DNA from: Eledone cirrhosa
Taxonomy: Eukaryota
Direction of reading: 5' to 3'
NCBI GenBank assembly: GCA_964016885.1
Contig: OZ024749.1
Location: forward strand, 310,001 to 374,000
Length of the DNA: 64,000 bases
Positions 11,182 through 24,200 of this stretch are shown here, in pieces; positions within the stretch are counted from its first letter, which is position 1, and every line of letters begins with the position of its first letter. The translations under genes were made by a program, and so were the position numbers. The notes under the pieces are model-generated. The model was not told the origin of the DNA, searched no databases, and was given only the letters and a program-made list of their open reading frames with translations.

Positions 11182-11515
11182 GGAGGCACATGGCTTAGTG
11201 GTTAGAGCATTGGCCTTGCAATTGAAAGGTTGTGAGTTCAATTCTCAGACCGGGTGATGTGTTGTTTCCTTGAGCAAGACACTTTATTTCACATTGCTCC
11301 AGTTTACTCAACTGTAGAAATGAGATGATAGGGACTAGGGTCCCTATCATTCCACTGCAAAGGTGCCACGGCAAAAAAGCACCCAGCACTCACTGTAAAT
11401 GAGGTTGGTGTTAGGAAGGGCATCCAGCTGTAGAAATCAAGCCAGAATCAGTTCCCGTCCCACCCTTGCAAGCAGGAAAAAAGTGGACGTAAAATGAAAT
11501 GATGATGAAATGATG
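11182..11515 (+). mobile_element. tRNA-derived CORE-SINE with an RTE A2 3' tail
   Basis: A box TGGCTTAGTGG and B box GAGTTCAATTC; MIR-like CORE CCTTGAGCAAGACACTTTATTTC..CCAGTTTACTCAACTGTAGAAATG; RTE-derived tail. Confidence 0.85.
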
Positions 11516-11659
11516 ACTGATTGGCCTGATTTGCATATTAGCAGACCTGCCGATCAGTCAGATCTGCATATTAACAGATCCATTGATCAGCCAGATTTGC
11601 ATGTCAGCACAAACAGGCGAGCAATTAATGGCCGGCTTTGCCATATTCAAATAATTAAC

Positions 11660-12176
11660 AAAAAGTTATTGCTCTACATGGCTGAATACAATAAATATAA
11701 TCTGAGTTTTTTTAATATAAATAATTGTTTCTACTTTAGGCACAAGGCCAGCAATTACCCAGTGCATTACTGGTACTTTATTTTATCGACCCCGTAAGGA
11801 TGAAAGACAAAGTCAACCTCAGTGGGATTTGAACTCAGATCGTAAAGGGACGTAACTATGCTGGAAAGCATGGCGTCCGACCCTCTACCGATACTGCCAA
11901 TCCACCGCCCTGAATTGAATATTAATAATAATATTCGATTTGTTTGCAATTATGCAAACAGCTTCTTTTAAGCCATGTGAGTAGAACAGTAAACTGAATT
12001 GATGAAGGGTAATCACCCAGAAACATTAGTGTCTGTAGTTCTGTTTACATGCCAAGACAAGAGCTAGAATGAGGGGCTCATTTTACTGACATGGCTTAAA
12101 AAAGAGGTTTGTTTCCATAATTGCAAACAAATCGAATATTATTATTAATATTCAAAAAACTCAGGTTACATTTATT
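11660..12176. mobile_element. Inverted PLE-like terminal repeats (11660-11986 minus, interrupted by a SINE; 11990-12176 plus) with a hammerhead motif at 11992-12040
   Basis: 11917-11986 is the reverse complement of 12081-12153; AACTGAA-TTGATGA-A-GGGT aatc ACCC-A-GAAAC attagt GTC-TGTAGTT. Confidence 0.55.
11721..11911 (-). mobile_element. Nin/Deu-type tRNA SINE
   Basis: Near-identical to 4440-4630. Confidence 0.85.
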
Positions 12177-12451
12177 ATATATATATATAAGTTAACAAGA
12201 TATCGTTTAAGGTAATCCAAGTAGAGGTTTTGAATACTCTGTATGGTGGATAGTTTTAACGAGACACACCCTCTCCCACACAACACCCTATATAGCAAAC
12301 ATTCATCTCATCCCATTTTATTACACTGTCAACTTAACTATCTCCCTTATATCATCATACCACCTCTCTTTCCATGTTGTTGTTATTCTACGCCTCTCCC
12401 AGTATCCCCCCTCATCACTGCACCTCCCCCTTTTATTATTATTATTATTAT

Positions 12452-12757
12452 TAGGGCGGTGGATTATCGGTAGAGGGTCGGACACCATGTTTTGCAGCAT
12501 AGAGTTATGGCCCTTTATGATCTGAGTTCAAATCCCGCCGAGGTTAACTTTGCCTTTCATCCTTACGGGGTCAATAAAATAAAGTACCAGTCACGCACTG
12601 GGGTCGATTTAATCGACTTCCCCCTCCCCCAAAATTGCTGGCCTTGTGCCTCCGAGGTTAACTTTGCCTTTCATCCTTACGGGGTCGATAAAATAAAGTA
12701 CCAGTAATGTACTGGGTAATTGCTGGCCTTGTGCCAAAAGTAGAAACAATTATTATT
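12452..12757 (+). mobile_element. Nin/Deu-type tRNA SINE with a duplicated 3' half
   Basis: Same family; CCGAGGTTAACTTTGCC occurs at both 12538 and 12652. Confidence 0.85.
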
Positions 12758-12822
12758 GCTTTCATTCATGTTATTCTCCCATGTATCTATAAATACTAAT
12801 GTACTGTATCAAGTACACAGAT

Positions 12823-12936
12823 CAATATTCTAATGATTTGGTCGGGTATCGACTGTAATATAAAGTCGAGTGATGTAGCATCTTGCAAACGGATTTTTAG
12901 ACACACCTGACTAATGAAACAATTGTCAATACTTTG
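12823..12936 (+). ncRNA. Hammerhead motif with a 77-nt branched stem II (core altered to CTAATGA)
   Basis: CAATATT-CTAATGA-T-TTGGTCGGGT...ACCTGACTAA-T-GAAAC-AATT-GTC-AATACTTTG, then AATAAA. Confidence 0.65.
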
Positions 12937-12992
12937 AATAAACCCTATTGTACAGCCGACCACTCATTTACTATATATATATATATGTATAT

Positions 12993-13199
12993 CGTGGAGG
13001 TGCCATGGCAAAAAAGCACCCAGCACTCAGTGTAAATGAGGTTGGTGTTAGGAAGGGCATCCAGCTGTAGAAATCAAGCCAGAATCAGTTCCCGTATGAG
13101 CAAGACAAGGTCAGCCGACTGGACACTGCTCACAACAGGACAACCCATCTAACTCATGCTAGTGTGGAAGAACAGACGTAAAACGGTGATGATGATGAT
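12993..13199 (+). mobile_element. 5'-truncated SINE or RTE A3 3' tail
   Basis: Matches 44778-44971 and the reverse complement of 2088-2330. Confidence 0.75.
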
Positions 13200-13201
13200 A
13201 T

Positions 13202-15739
13202 ATCATCATCATGATCATCATCATCGTTTAATGTATATCTTCCACGCTAGCATGGGTTTAGATGGGAATTGTCCCACTTTAGGCAAGATTGGTCGTTTCG
13301 CTCGTATAGGGCTGTCTGGCAGGTTTTCTACAGCTGGATGCCCTTCCTAACACCAACCACATTTACAGTCTGGAACTGGGAGGTTTTTACCATGTTACCT
13401 ACACGGCCACATTACAGCATGGACTGTGTGTTTTTTTTGTCGTGACACCTACACGACCTCATTTATTTTGGACTGGATGTTGTGGTACCAATATAACTTT
13501 ACAGAGAAAGGGTGGTGTTGGTGGGAGTGGGTGGTGGGGTGGAGTAGGGGTAGTGGGATGGGGTATATATTTGGTTGAGAGGTGCCTACTTACTGTAGGT
13601 TTCGCTTTGTACATAGGCAAGGCGGGTCTTCTGTATTACTGCGTAGCGCCAAAGATCTCCATCCAGTGACATTGTATTAGAGAGGTGTAAGTGTGTAAGG
13701 TCGGAATTTATCAGATCGTCCCAGGTTTTTCTGGGTCTACCTACTCCGTAACTTCCATCAATTTTGATCGCCCTGCACTTTTTTGTACAACTGTCGTTTT
13801 TCATGCGCATCACGTGGCCATACCAATGTAGTCTTCTTTCGAGTAAACAGCATCTGATCCCTCTTATTCCTAATTTCTCACTTAGTTCATTTATGTTTTG
13901 CCGTTCGCGTATATTACTATTACACATCCAACGGAGCATGGGTGCTTCGTTCCTCTCCAGTCTGCGCAGAACCTCTGCACTGAAAGCCCATGTCTCACTG
14001 CCATGTAAAATTGCTGTTCGTATGCAAGTATCATACAACCTGCCTTTCATTTTTAGAGAGAAACCTTTAGTGGTCAATAGTGGTATAAGCTCTCTGAACT
14101 TTTTCTATCCCGTTCTGACTCTGGCTACTGTACTTTCAGAGCACCCTCCACCACTGCTGATTTTGTCACCCAGGTAACGGATGGTGTCCACTATTTCTAT
14201 AGAACCATCTGGGTAATAGAAGGAGCTAGTATCTTGTGGGCACTTGCTACTTATTGCACCTGAGCATCGGCCACATATAAAATCTACGTTCTTAGATAGC
14301 TTACCTGTGATCCCACTACATCTTTTATGTACCCATAGTTTGCATTTGGGACATAATATGGAATTTCTGCCTACTCCTTTCCTACACACTGAGCATGGCC
14401 ATTTGCCAGAGGGTACCTGTACCCTATTTTCCTTTCTATATACTAGAACTTTAGTCTTAGACAAGTTGACTTTAAGGCCTTTTGATTCTAGTCCATGCTT
14501 CCATGTTTGGAATTTCTTCTCTAGTTCAGCCATCGATTCAGCTATGAGCGTTAGATCATCTGTGTATAGAAGTTCCCATGGGCAGCCGGTCTTGAACTCC
14601 ACTGTTATAGCCTGAAGGGCAATAATAAATAGGAGGGGGGTAAGGACAGAGCCTTAATGAACACCAACTTTTACGCTAAATTCTTCACTATATTCGTTGT
14701 TAATTCTAACCTTACTGACTGTTTCTTTATACATGGCTTGTATAGCTCTCACAAGCCATTCATCAACACCTAGTTTTCTAAGAGCCCACCAGATAATGGA
14801 GTGGGGGACTCTGTCAAAGGCTTTATCCAAGTCAACAAAAGCTAAGTATAGGGGTTTACTTTTAGCTAGGTACTTGTCCTGTAGTTGTTGTACAAGGAAA
14901 AGAGCGTCCGTGGTACTTTTACCTGACACAAACCCAAACAGCATTTCATCTAGATCAATTTGCTCTCTGATTAGTTGCACTATAACTCTTTCTGTGACCT
15001 TCATGACCTGGTCAACTAACTTAATACCTCTATAGTTTCTCCTATCTAGGGCATCTCCTTTACCCTTGTAGCAGTTAATGATGATGCTGCTATGCCAGTC
15101 ATTTCATATGACGCCATTCTGTATGACTTGGTTTACTATCCAGGTAACCATAGTGTGTCCCACCATTCCAGATGCTTTCAGCATTTCAGCAACTGTCTCC
15201 GAAGGCCCAGCTGCCTTGCCTGTCTTCATATCTTTGATTGCCTTATTTATTATACTACCTTCAACTTGCACTGCTGGTCCCTCTATTGGATCGATTTGGG
15301 GCAGACTATCTTTTTCCCATTTATTCTCCTCATTTAGTAGCCTCTCGTACTGACACTTCCAAGATACCTTCTTATCAGCATCAGTGATGGCAAGTGCACC
15401 ATCATCGTTACGGACACACTTCTCCCCAACAATATCACGGTTTTCCTTGACACATTGTCTTGAACACCTCACGTTTTTGGTCCTCGCGTTGTAGATCATG
15501 CTTGAAATTTCTTTCCTCTGCTTCCCTTCTTGCAAAGTACACTTGTCTCCTAGCTTCTCTCCTGGCCACTTTATAGTGTTCTCTACTTCCCCGATCCCGC
15601 CATACTTTCCAAGCCTGCTTTTTGGCCTTAATTGACTCCTCCACCTTACTATTCCACCACCAAGTTACTCTCCTCCTTCCTATAGGTCTGCTCCAGCCAC
15701 AGATTTCATCTGTTGCCTTCAACAGGTTAACCTTCAGGA
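13202..15739 (-). mobile_element. RTE LINE family A1, 5'-truncated, frameshifted RT
   Basis: Fragmented ORFs with LAFVDLDKAFD, LLYTDD, the PHD-like finger and HGSETW; (CAT)n. Confidence 0.92.
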
Positions 15740-15767
15740 ATATATATCTATATATATATATATATAA

Positions 15768-16160
15768 AGCCAGTATCTCAAAGAACTGTCATCCCATCAG
15801 GTATAATGACTTGGGCTTTGGTGTTGGTGTAGAGCAGTGATATCAGGTCCACTATCTTCTTGGGGATTCCATAAGCCTGTAAGATCTTCATCAGGCAGTG
15901 ACGGTCCACAGAATCAAAGGTTAGCTGAACATGCTCACCGACATCCAGAGTTGACATTGCACTCAGTGCTCCTGTGGGAGCCCCTACATGGACACACTGG
16001 AAGAGGAAGACCAAGGTTAAAGTATGTTGATGCCCTAAGGACAGACACTGGTCTGTTGGAGACGCAGGACCAGGCAGCGATAATGAGGGACAGAGACCGC
16101 TGGAGAGAACTCATCCATGGATCTCGGGAATTTTACCCACCCTAGATAGATAGATAGATA
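15768..16160 (+). mobile_element. RTE-like LINE family B with a 5' inversion (15768-15918 minus, 15918-16143 plus) and a (TAGA)n tail
   Basis: Minus: FDSVDRHCLMKILQAYGIP. Plus: HAHRHPEL..LLWEP.HG.GRGRPRL.YVD. Confidence 0.85.
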
Positions 16161-16789
16161 TATATCAGTTTGACAATTCCTTTCCTCCTAATAGATTTTT
16201 ATGCCAATTCTACTATTAACACCATTCAACCATTCCTTTCAAAGGGTCATGACCTCAACTAAAGTGTATTACTTTTCATCTTAACACCATATGAAAAAAA
16301 CAATTTGATTGGTTAGTTCTTCAACTACCTCCAAATAAGGACATGATACTAACATACTACTAATTCTGAATAAAATTATTATTGCTTTTGAAAACAGCTG
16401 GTGATATGCATGTAAGTAAATATTCTTTTTATCTGATATAATAACGGAGTATAGCTACAATGTATTATCATCATCTAGAAACGATCGTAAAGCAGTGAAG
16501 TATATCTCTAATGACTTGATTTTTTATTTCATTGTTTTAACTTATATATATATATATTGTTGGTGCTCTGAAATAGCGATGTATACATGAATGTATGTAT
16601 AGTATATTTGGCAATATACTGTATGTTTAATTAAAAACATTTTGAAGACCATTCACTATCAGTTTTAAAGTAATGACAATGTCACTTACTTACTCTTGGC
16701 AAAAGCAAAGAAGAGTAATCAACACCTGTTTCTCACTCATTAGTGTTTATCAAGACTACTCCCTGCCGAGGGAGAAACAGCTGTCGATC

Positions 16790-17310
16790 ACTATTGCCAG
16801 TTGGTTTTGCCTGTAAAATCTGTCCAGAGATTCTTTCCTGAGACATTCTAACCACATCTCTGTAGTATCAGAACTCTGATCTCTCAATTCAGAAATTCTA
16901 TCCTGAGACATTCTAACCACATGTCATAGTATCAGAGCTGTGATCTCTCAATTCAGAGAAGTAGCAACTCTACCTGGAGTGACTCTCTGATCTCCGAGTT
17001 ATAAACTTTATCAAGTAACCTTTTGGAGGAACCCCATTTAGGCCGCTTGTATTTGTGATTGTATTCTTTCGGTCGTTACCCAAGATTCATGACCACAGGT
17101 AAGGGTTGGCACGAATACTGAATTGAAGACAGCGAGTTTGGCTTTTACACCTACCTCCCTTACTGATTATTGAATGTTGAAGCTGGCACATTACTGCACC
17201 AGCTCCTGTAATTCCTGCACTTACTTCAGCCTCCTGCCTGCCACCACTCATGAACATGGCCCTGAGATACCTGAACTTCTTTACCTGCTTCAGTGGAACT
17301 CCATTCATAG
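16790..17310 (-). mobile_element. Old RTE LINE fragment (a distinct family)
   Basis: NGVPLKQVKKFRYL; a shifted frame gives LTCGHESWVTTERI.SQIQAA. Confidence 0.65.
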
Positions 17311-17486
17311 AGACATGACTACATTTTAAATTTCAAATTTTCCCAGTGTTCCTTAAGATAACTGGCTGTTCACATTTCATTATAAAATGTTTCCCTTCTC
17401 TGCTTATACCAGGTCTATCTTTAAATTTCCTGAGAAAATTAGATTTGGAGATATTAAATTATTTCCTCTTTGATATTATTTTACAG

Positions 17487-17563
17487 AAGTGTTGTGCCTG
17501 TACTCCACGGCTAATTCAGAATGATATCCGGTTTCTTTCAGTCCTAAGCTCTGCTATTGAGAG
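17487..17563 (+). CDS. Host gene exon A, VPS9-domain protein (ANKRD27/VARP-like Rab GEF); KCCACTPRLIQNDIRFLSVLSSAIE(S)
   Basis: Acceptor ttttacag| and donor |gtgagc. Ends in phase 2 (AG), completed by the first T of exon B to give Ser, producing SAIESYIMEKVY, the AVExY-type helix upstream of VPS9 domains. Confidence 0.75.
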
Positions 17564-17579
17564 GTGAGCAATGCTTTAT

Positions 17580-18365
17580 TTCATTCAAAACGGCCAAAAT
17601 TATTTCCCCTCTATTTGTCATAAACCGGTCATAACAGGCCAACAAGACCCACACTAAAATATTGTTCTAAAAATAAACAATACCGTCATCAAAATCTCGT
17701 CAATTCAAGATTACTGCGAGATTAGACCTTTACCGTGAAAATTAACACTTAATATAGTGAAATAACTTGAAACAACATTTAATGTTGAAAGTAGAACAGA
17801 TTTTATGTGTGTATCAACATGGCTTGTGAAAGTAGCGATACCGACTTTGAAGGTTTTACACACAACAACATTCAGAATAAACAAGAAAGAAACAATAATA
17901 TTAGTGATTTATCTTCAAACGAATCAGATGTTTACATTTCTGAAATTTCATCCGACAATGATTGTTGTTTTGAAAGTGAAAATATTACAGCAACGTGGTT
18001 GAAAAATACCACACCAATATATGTTCCTGATTCTATTCAAAATACTGGTCCACAACACACATTACCTCCCAATGCTAAAGCACTGGATTATTTCTTTTTG
18101 CCACAAACTTTCTTTGAAGTTGTGGCAGAAGAGATTAATCGATATGCCCAACAACAGATTTCAAATTGAGGAAAACCCGATCTGTTATGGCGACTAACAG
18201 ATGTTGCAGAAATGCAACTATTTTTTACCATAAATATTATGTTCACTATAAAACAATTTCCAAGACTGTGGAATTACTGGAGCACTGATATAAGGTTTAG
18301 TGATCCTTATATATCAAGTATTATGCCAAAAACAAGGTATTTGCACCTCATTGATACTTCAAATG
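17580..18365 (+). pseudogene. piggyBac (PGBD4-like) transposase N-terminal remnant with left subterminal region
   Basis: SSDTDFEGF acidic N-terminus, GP..LP..A.ALDYF, V.E.NRYA, W..TDVAEM, YWSTD, ISSIMPKTRY; contains stops. Confidence 0.8.
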
Positions 18366-19044
18366 CCCCTGTTAATTAATTTCACCTGCCCATAAAAGTC
18401 AAATTTAACTCAAAAGAATCAGGTAAAAATATATAATTGTAAATTATATTTAAACATCTACTGACAAAATTTCAAGCCTGCATAGAAAATTAAGAAAATT
18501 ACAAACAATAACATTGATAACCCTCTTGAGTATGATTAACTGAAAATAATGTGAACAGATAAACATGACATTTGACAATTGTGAATGCCACCATTTGGGT
18601 GGTTTTCTGTTAGCATGTGTAGTGTGCATATTGATATTATACGCAAATATAGACATGCATGTAGATATGATACATCAAATAAAATCATTGACAACATGCA
18701 CAGAAATTGAAGAGAGACTATGTTACAGTGTCTTCTGTAATCAGTAAAGTAATCCATGATACATTTAAAAAAGACGATATTATATATAAACTGACTGACA
18801 GTGAAATGTAATGAAAACGAAAAAAGTGAATATTAGCGGCGGAAATATAAACGTTATGATGTAAATATATGTTTATATAAGCGATGTGATATAGCATAGG
18901 GCTAAGTGTTATGATATAACAGACACTAACAGGAAGTGTAGACATTTGAAAATTTGAAAAGAAGTGAATCTTAAAATAAGCAATACATTATATATAAGAT
19001 TATTTATGTTTAATGAAGAGCTCCGAAATTTAGTAGATAAATTA

Positions 19045-19210
19045 CCATATTTCCCGGCGCTGAAGACGCTTCGTTTCTAGGACGCACCCTAATTTTGACA
19101 ACCAAAAATTTGGCAAAAAATTATGAACACCTTTGGCCTCCAGGATGCATGCTAGATTTTTTAGACTTAGTTTAGGAAAAAGCTAGTGTCTTCAACGCTG
19201 GGAAATATGG
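19045..19210. mobile_element. Tc1/mariner-type MITE
   Basis: TA|CCATATTTCCCGGCGCTGAAGACGC ... GTGTCTTCAACGCTGGGAAATATGG|TA: ~25-bp imperfect TIRs with a TA TSD. Confidence 0.75.
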
Positions 19211-19576
19211 TATATAATATTCATTCATGATTTATTCAAAGTAATCCAATTTATTTTAATAACATACTCAGTAAAAATATCCCTGACACAGTCTCGCAGT
19301 CCTCTAATCATTATATATTAGATATTTTGAAGACATGTAGCTTAGTAATTAAGATGTTTGATTGTAAGGTTCTAAGTCTGATTCCTAAGTCCTGGTCAAG
19401 ACTCTTTATTTTGAATCACATCAGTCTCATCAGCTGGAAAAAATATAGTTGTGTGTGTATGTATGTCATGGAAGCCAGTATAACTGTTGGTGTACCTAAA
19501 AGAAATAGAAAACAAATCTCCCTCAAACAAGATCCTACTACCATAGAGGTAAAAGTTGGTGTAATAATTTTAATTA

Positions 19577-19830
19577 ACCCAGGCTCTACTGCACTTTGGG
19601 CCAAGGAAGGTAAACTCTCCAAATATCAGTCGCTATCTGACAGGTTTGTTGTTGAGCCCATAGCAATAGCGACTTCTGGTGTCCTTGGCTCTAGGGCTAC
19701 CTCCCAACTCACTGCCATCAGCACATAGTTGGCTACCCGCAGGGGTGAGCCTTGCAAGCCGGAATGGATTTTCCAGTGCATCTCCCTCACCATCCTCTAT
19801 TTCCACCATCAGGGCTGCTGGGCGGCCAGC
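19577..19830 (+). mobile_element. CRE-like non-LTR retrotransposon C-terminal (restriction-like endonuclease) remnant
   Basis: PGSTA..A.EGKLSKY.SLS.RF.VEPIAIATSGVLG..A...L..I...L....GEP....WIFQ.ISL.I. Confidence 0.65.
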
Positions 19831-20141
19831 ACGTGGGTCCCCATTTGCTCATAATAGCGAGTGATGGGGAGAGAGGCAGTGACAGTTTGGTTCCTGGTGT
19901 ATATATTTACCACACTTACACACATTTAAATAAACTTTCCTGAATTACAGAAATGGGTAAGTAAATTCTTCATTCATTCATAAACCAATGGTAAATTTAT
20001 TATTTTATTTTATTTAGGCTTTTTAAAATAACCTTCACATTTTGTTTGAATTTCAGAGGTTCTGTGTGCAAATAAAAAGGGATAAATAAAATCTAAATTT
20101 ATTTTTTTGGTCATGCCCTTTTCACTGACATACCTAATGAT

Positions 20142-20881
20142 TCATCATCATCATCAACGTTTAACGTCCGTGTTCCACGCTTGCATGGGTTTGGATGGGG
20201 GTTTTCCCACTTGAGGCAAGAGTGATTGTCTTGCTCGCATAGGACTGTCTGGCGGGTTTTCTACAGCTGGATGCCCTTCCTAACACCAACCACATTTACA
20301 GTGTGGGGCTGGGAGGTTTTTACCGTGTTGCCTACACGGCCACATTACAGCGTGGACTGTGTGTTTTTTTGTCGTGACACCTACACAATCTCATTTGTTT
20401 CGGCTTGGATGTTGTGGCACCAACATAACTTTACATTGAAAGGGGCGGTGTGGATGGGGTGGGGGTGGTGGGACGGGGGTGTGTTTTGATAGAGATGCCT
20501 ACTGACTGTAGAAGGTTTTACTTTGTAAGGCGGGTTTTCTCTATTACTGAGTACCGCCAAAGATCTCGGTCCAGTGACATTGTCTTGGAGAGATGTAAGC
20601 GTGTGAGGTCGGAATTTATCATGTCGTCCCAGGTTTTTCTGGGTCTGCCTACTCCGTGGCTACCGTCTATCTTTATTGCCCTGCACTTTGTTATACAGCT
20701 GTCTTTCATGCGCATCACGTGACCATACCAACGTAGCCTTCTCTCGAGTAAACAACATCTGATCCCTCTTATTTCTAATTTTTTCCTTAGTTCGTTTATG
20801 CTTAGCCGTTCACGTATATTACTATTGCACATCCAGTGGAGCATGCAAGCTTCGTTCCTCTCTAGTCTGCGTATATCCTCT
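20142..20881 (-). mobile_element. RTE LINE family A1, 3' fragment
   Basis: ORF 20518-20928, 3'UTR and (CAT)n. Confidence 0.9.
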
Positions 20882-21042
20882 TCTTTCATTATATATGCTG
20901 ACTGTAATAAAAAATCACCACTGGACAAAACTAATAATATTTTTATCTACATGATTTGCTTTAAACAAATGACAATAAATATTCTGCTATAATTCCTACA
21001 GCAATCATATTTCAATGGTCAAATATTGTAACTTTAATAAAA

Positions 21043-21072
21043 TACTCGGGAATCACCGGGTAGCTCAGCTAG
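21043..21072 (+). mobile_element. Isolated Helitron 3' terminus
   Basis: Imperfect hairpin TACTCGGG..CCGGGTA followed by CTAG|T. Confidence 0.55.
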
Positions 21073-21087
21073 TATATAATATATATA

Positions 21088-21230
21088 TAGTTGTGATGTC
21101 ACTGGTGCCAAGTTGTATCAGACATTACCTTTCCCTTGGACAACATCATATATATATAGTATATATATAGTTGTGATGTCATTGGTACCAAGATGTATCA
21201 GACATTACCTTTCCCTTGGACAACATCATA
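21088..21230. repeat. Two copies of an unclassified ~60-bp repeat embedded in TA runs (also at 26676-26738, 27850-27908, 27935-27993)
   Basis: GTTGTGATGTCACTGGTACCAAGCTGTATCAGACATTACCTTTCCCTTGGACAACATC occurs five times in the window. Confidence 0.85.
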
Positions 21231-21239
21231 TAAAATATA

Positions 21240-24200
21240 CTAGCAGAGGTACTCAGCATTGCTCAGGTATTAAATAGCAGTCATGTATAGCATTTATGTC
21301 AAAACTTCAGTTCTTCTTCGAAAACTATACTTCTACAAAATTATCGGCTTTTTCCAAAAATTGGTTCCTGTCCCCAGGGGTTCCCTACTCAATATGTGCC
21401 AATTCTGAATGTTCAAATTTATCTGTAGAACATACGTAGCCCATGTGCCAAGTTTGGTGAAAATCGGTTCCGAACTCCAGAAATTATGACGTTTTGTTTG
21501 TTGCATTGCACTGCAGTGCTTCAGTCGACTCCAAGGAAGCAGTTAAAGGGGGTTATCTCTCTCGCCGTTTGTCAATCAATGAAGGATCTCGTCTTTGGAG
21601 GCGTTTACCTAAGGCAAAATGAACTGATTTTGGTTAAGAAATGAAAAAAAATTCTGTCAAATTTGTTCAAGAAAAGGTGCGGACATACCTACCTCTTTGT
21701 TGAGATTATAAGACCTCTTGGGAAACAATGTTCCTTGTTTTTCCTTGTCGAGCATATGCAAATAGATTTCTTTTGCTTCCCACTCTAGAGGAGCCAATAT
21801 ACAATTGTCCATGTGAGAAACATGACTCTTCCAAGTGAATTTCTGCCACAGATAATGTCTGACCCAGGGATTTGTTAATGGACATAGCTGACACGAATGG
21901 GAAATTGCAGTCTTCTAAAGGAAAATGGAATTTCTGCTCCTGTTGGAATGATAGGAATTCTTTGAATGAATACATCATCACTTTTCCCACACCCAGAAAG
22001 AATGGTGGCCTTGATAACATGTGACATCGCATTCTTTACCACCAGGCCTGTCCCATTGCAGAGTCTTGGCAGATCCAGACTCCGAAGCAGCATTACCTGA
22101 GTTCCTTCTTCAAGTCTTAATATGTGGGGAGGTAATCCTGGAGGCCCCAACGAATTGAGACATTCTTCATTTGTAAGTGTGAAGACTACCTGGTAGGGAC
22201 TGCATCAGCTGTTCGTTAAGTTTACAGCGTTGTTTTATGGAGCCAGTATTGTTCACACAGCCAATTGTGGTTTTCATAATTTTCCTTCAAATTTGGAAAC
22301 ATTTGGTATTTGACATCATCCACAGTATTATCAATGGTGCCAACTGGACAGACTGTCATTTCTCCACCAGCGTCTGGAGGCACTTTGCCATCACCAAGTG
22401 TCAAAATGTCCTTTGCAAATTTGTCTGACAGTTGGTCGCTGTTCAGTGGAGCTCTCATGTTAGTGGTAAGAGCCAGTGTTGTAACGTGTCACCACAATGG
22501 AGAGGACTTAAATGCTGGGACTTCATCTGCCCTGGTGCCTTTGGGAATAACAAGAAGAGTCTGCCTGAAATCACCAGACAACAGAAGCGTTACACCTCCC
22601 ATTGAATCCTGACAGTCTCTGATATCTTTTAGGGCTCTATCTACTGCTTCTAGTTTGAAGAAAGCAATGAGGGTGGTGTCCCTTGGTTCCTCTGCCAACT
22701 GAGCAGCATTGGCGTCAGTGAAGTAAACCCTTTGGCCATTTTCCAGGTGTACTGCAAACTGGTCGATAGAAGGGTACCTTTGATGTAAAGGGAAGCCAAA
22801 AATGCGCCAGAAGGCCTCGTTGCTGCTGATGTATCGTCTGACCTGATATTGCGTTACCTCATCCCGACTGTTCTCCTGTTGAAGACCAAATATGGCAGCA
22901 TCTGAACCCTTATTTACAGACTTACATATGTACTTGATGGACTTTACGGAGTTGCAAAACTCAACATTGATGTGGGCGCTGAATGTCTTGGATAGGAGTG
23001 GGCAGTACGGAACAATCCTTCTGTTGTCAACCTCATGTTGTCCAACTTGTAAAACCTCCTTCGTCTGTATGATGGATATCCATCATTACCAGTCTGGGTT
23101 TCTTGAAGGAACTTCCTGGGAAACTTTTTACTGCATCCATTGTCTTTCAAACATGGTGAGTTTAGATTGAAGCCATATCCACATGGACCATGCACCATGT
23201 TTGTCTTCACTATATCGTAGAGGTCTTTGTCTTTAGATGGATCTGGAAGCTCTACAGAGATAATCTTGTCCATATCATTGGAATTGATCTTTGTTGATAG
23301 CCAAATCAGAATGTGAGCATGTGGAAGGCCTCTTTTCTGCCACTCAATTGTATACATGTCACATTTTACAGGTCCAATGACCTGTCCTTTCTTGATGAGG
23401 TCCATGAGGTTTATTAACTTCAGTCGAAAGACTCTGGCTAGGAGGTCATGTCTGTCTTTAGTCTTTTGACTGATTTCAGCCTCGATCTTCTTCCACTTAG
23501 GATTGCAAGTGGAGTTATAAACAGGTCAGGCCTGCCATAATGCCGCACATATGTCATAGCATCCTGGGTTCTCTCATGCATATAGCGGGGACTTCTGGTG
23601 AAAATAGAAGGTAGGATGCAGACTTTTCCTAGGTTTCCTGGAGCTGCATCATTGTTGATGCCATCTTGAAGGTGAATGTAGCTCTCAGAACGCAGCTACT
23701 TCTGGTTTGACTTTATGAAGCACAATCTCTCTGACTCCATTTTCGCACACATATCAACTGCAAATTGGTGATAGAGTTTGAATTGTGCAGGTGATTAAAA
23801 GAGTTGTCTCGGGTCATGAAGTGATATTCATAGAAGTTCATGCAGGAAACTGGTTTGTTGACATACTCTTCAGGTTTTCTGGGATTATGCTGAGGAATGC
23901 CAAAGTTGTAGCCATCTTCACCATTCACAAAAAGCAGGGGATACTGAAGCGTGTCGTATGACCTGTGTGTTTCACTGATACGCTGAAGTGTTGTCTCAAC
24001 GCCTGAGAGCAATGTCTCTTGGATTGTGTTGGTCACTATGGAGAAGTACAACAATTTCATTGCATATAGGAGGATTGCAGCGACCTGCATGTTCCCCAGA
24101 TGGGCTTTTTGCAGCATCAATTACCACATTAAAATTTGATGCAGTTGCTGTTTCCAAGGCATATTTGAAGCTGATGACATAGCTGTTTGTTGTGTACAAC

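Noticed and set aside
11182-11255. tRNA genes (also 44627, 62530, 26250)
   Set aside because: These are SINE heads continuing into CORE and LINE tails, with no complete cloverleaf.
16398-16411. 14-nt micro-exon (cag|CTGGTGATATGCAT|gtaagt)
   Set aside because: The splice signals are plausible, but it is too short to support and the polypyrimidine tract is poor.
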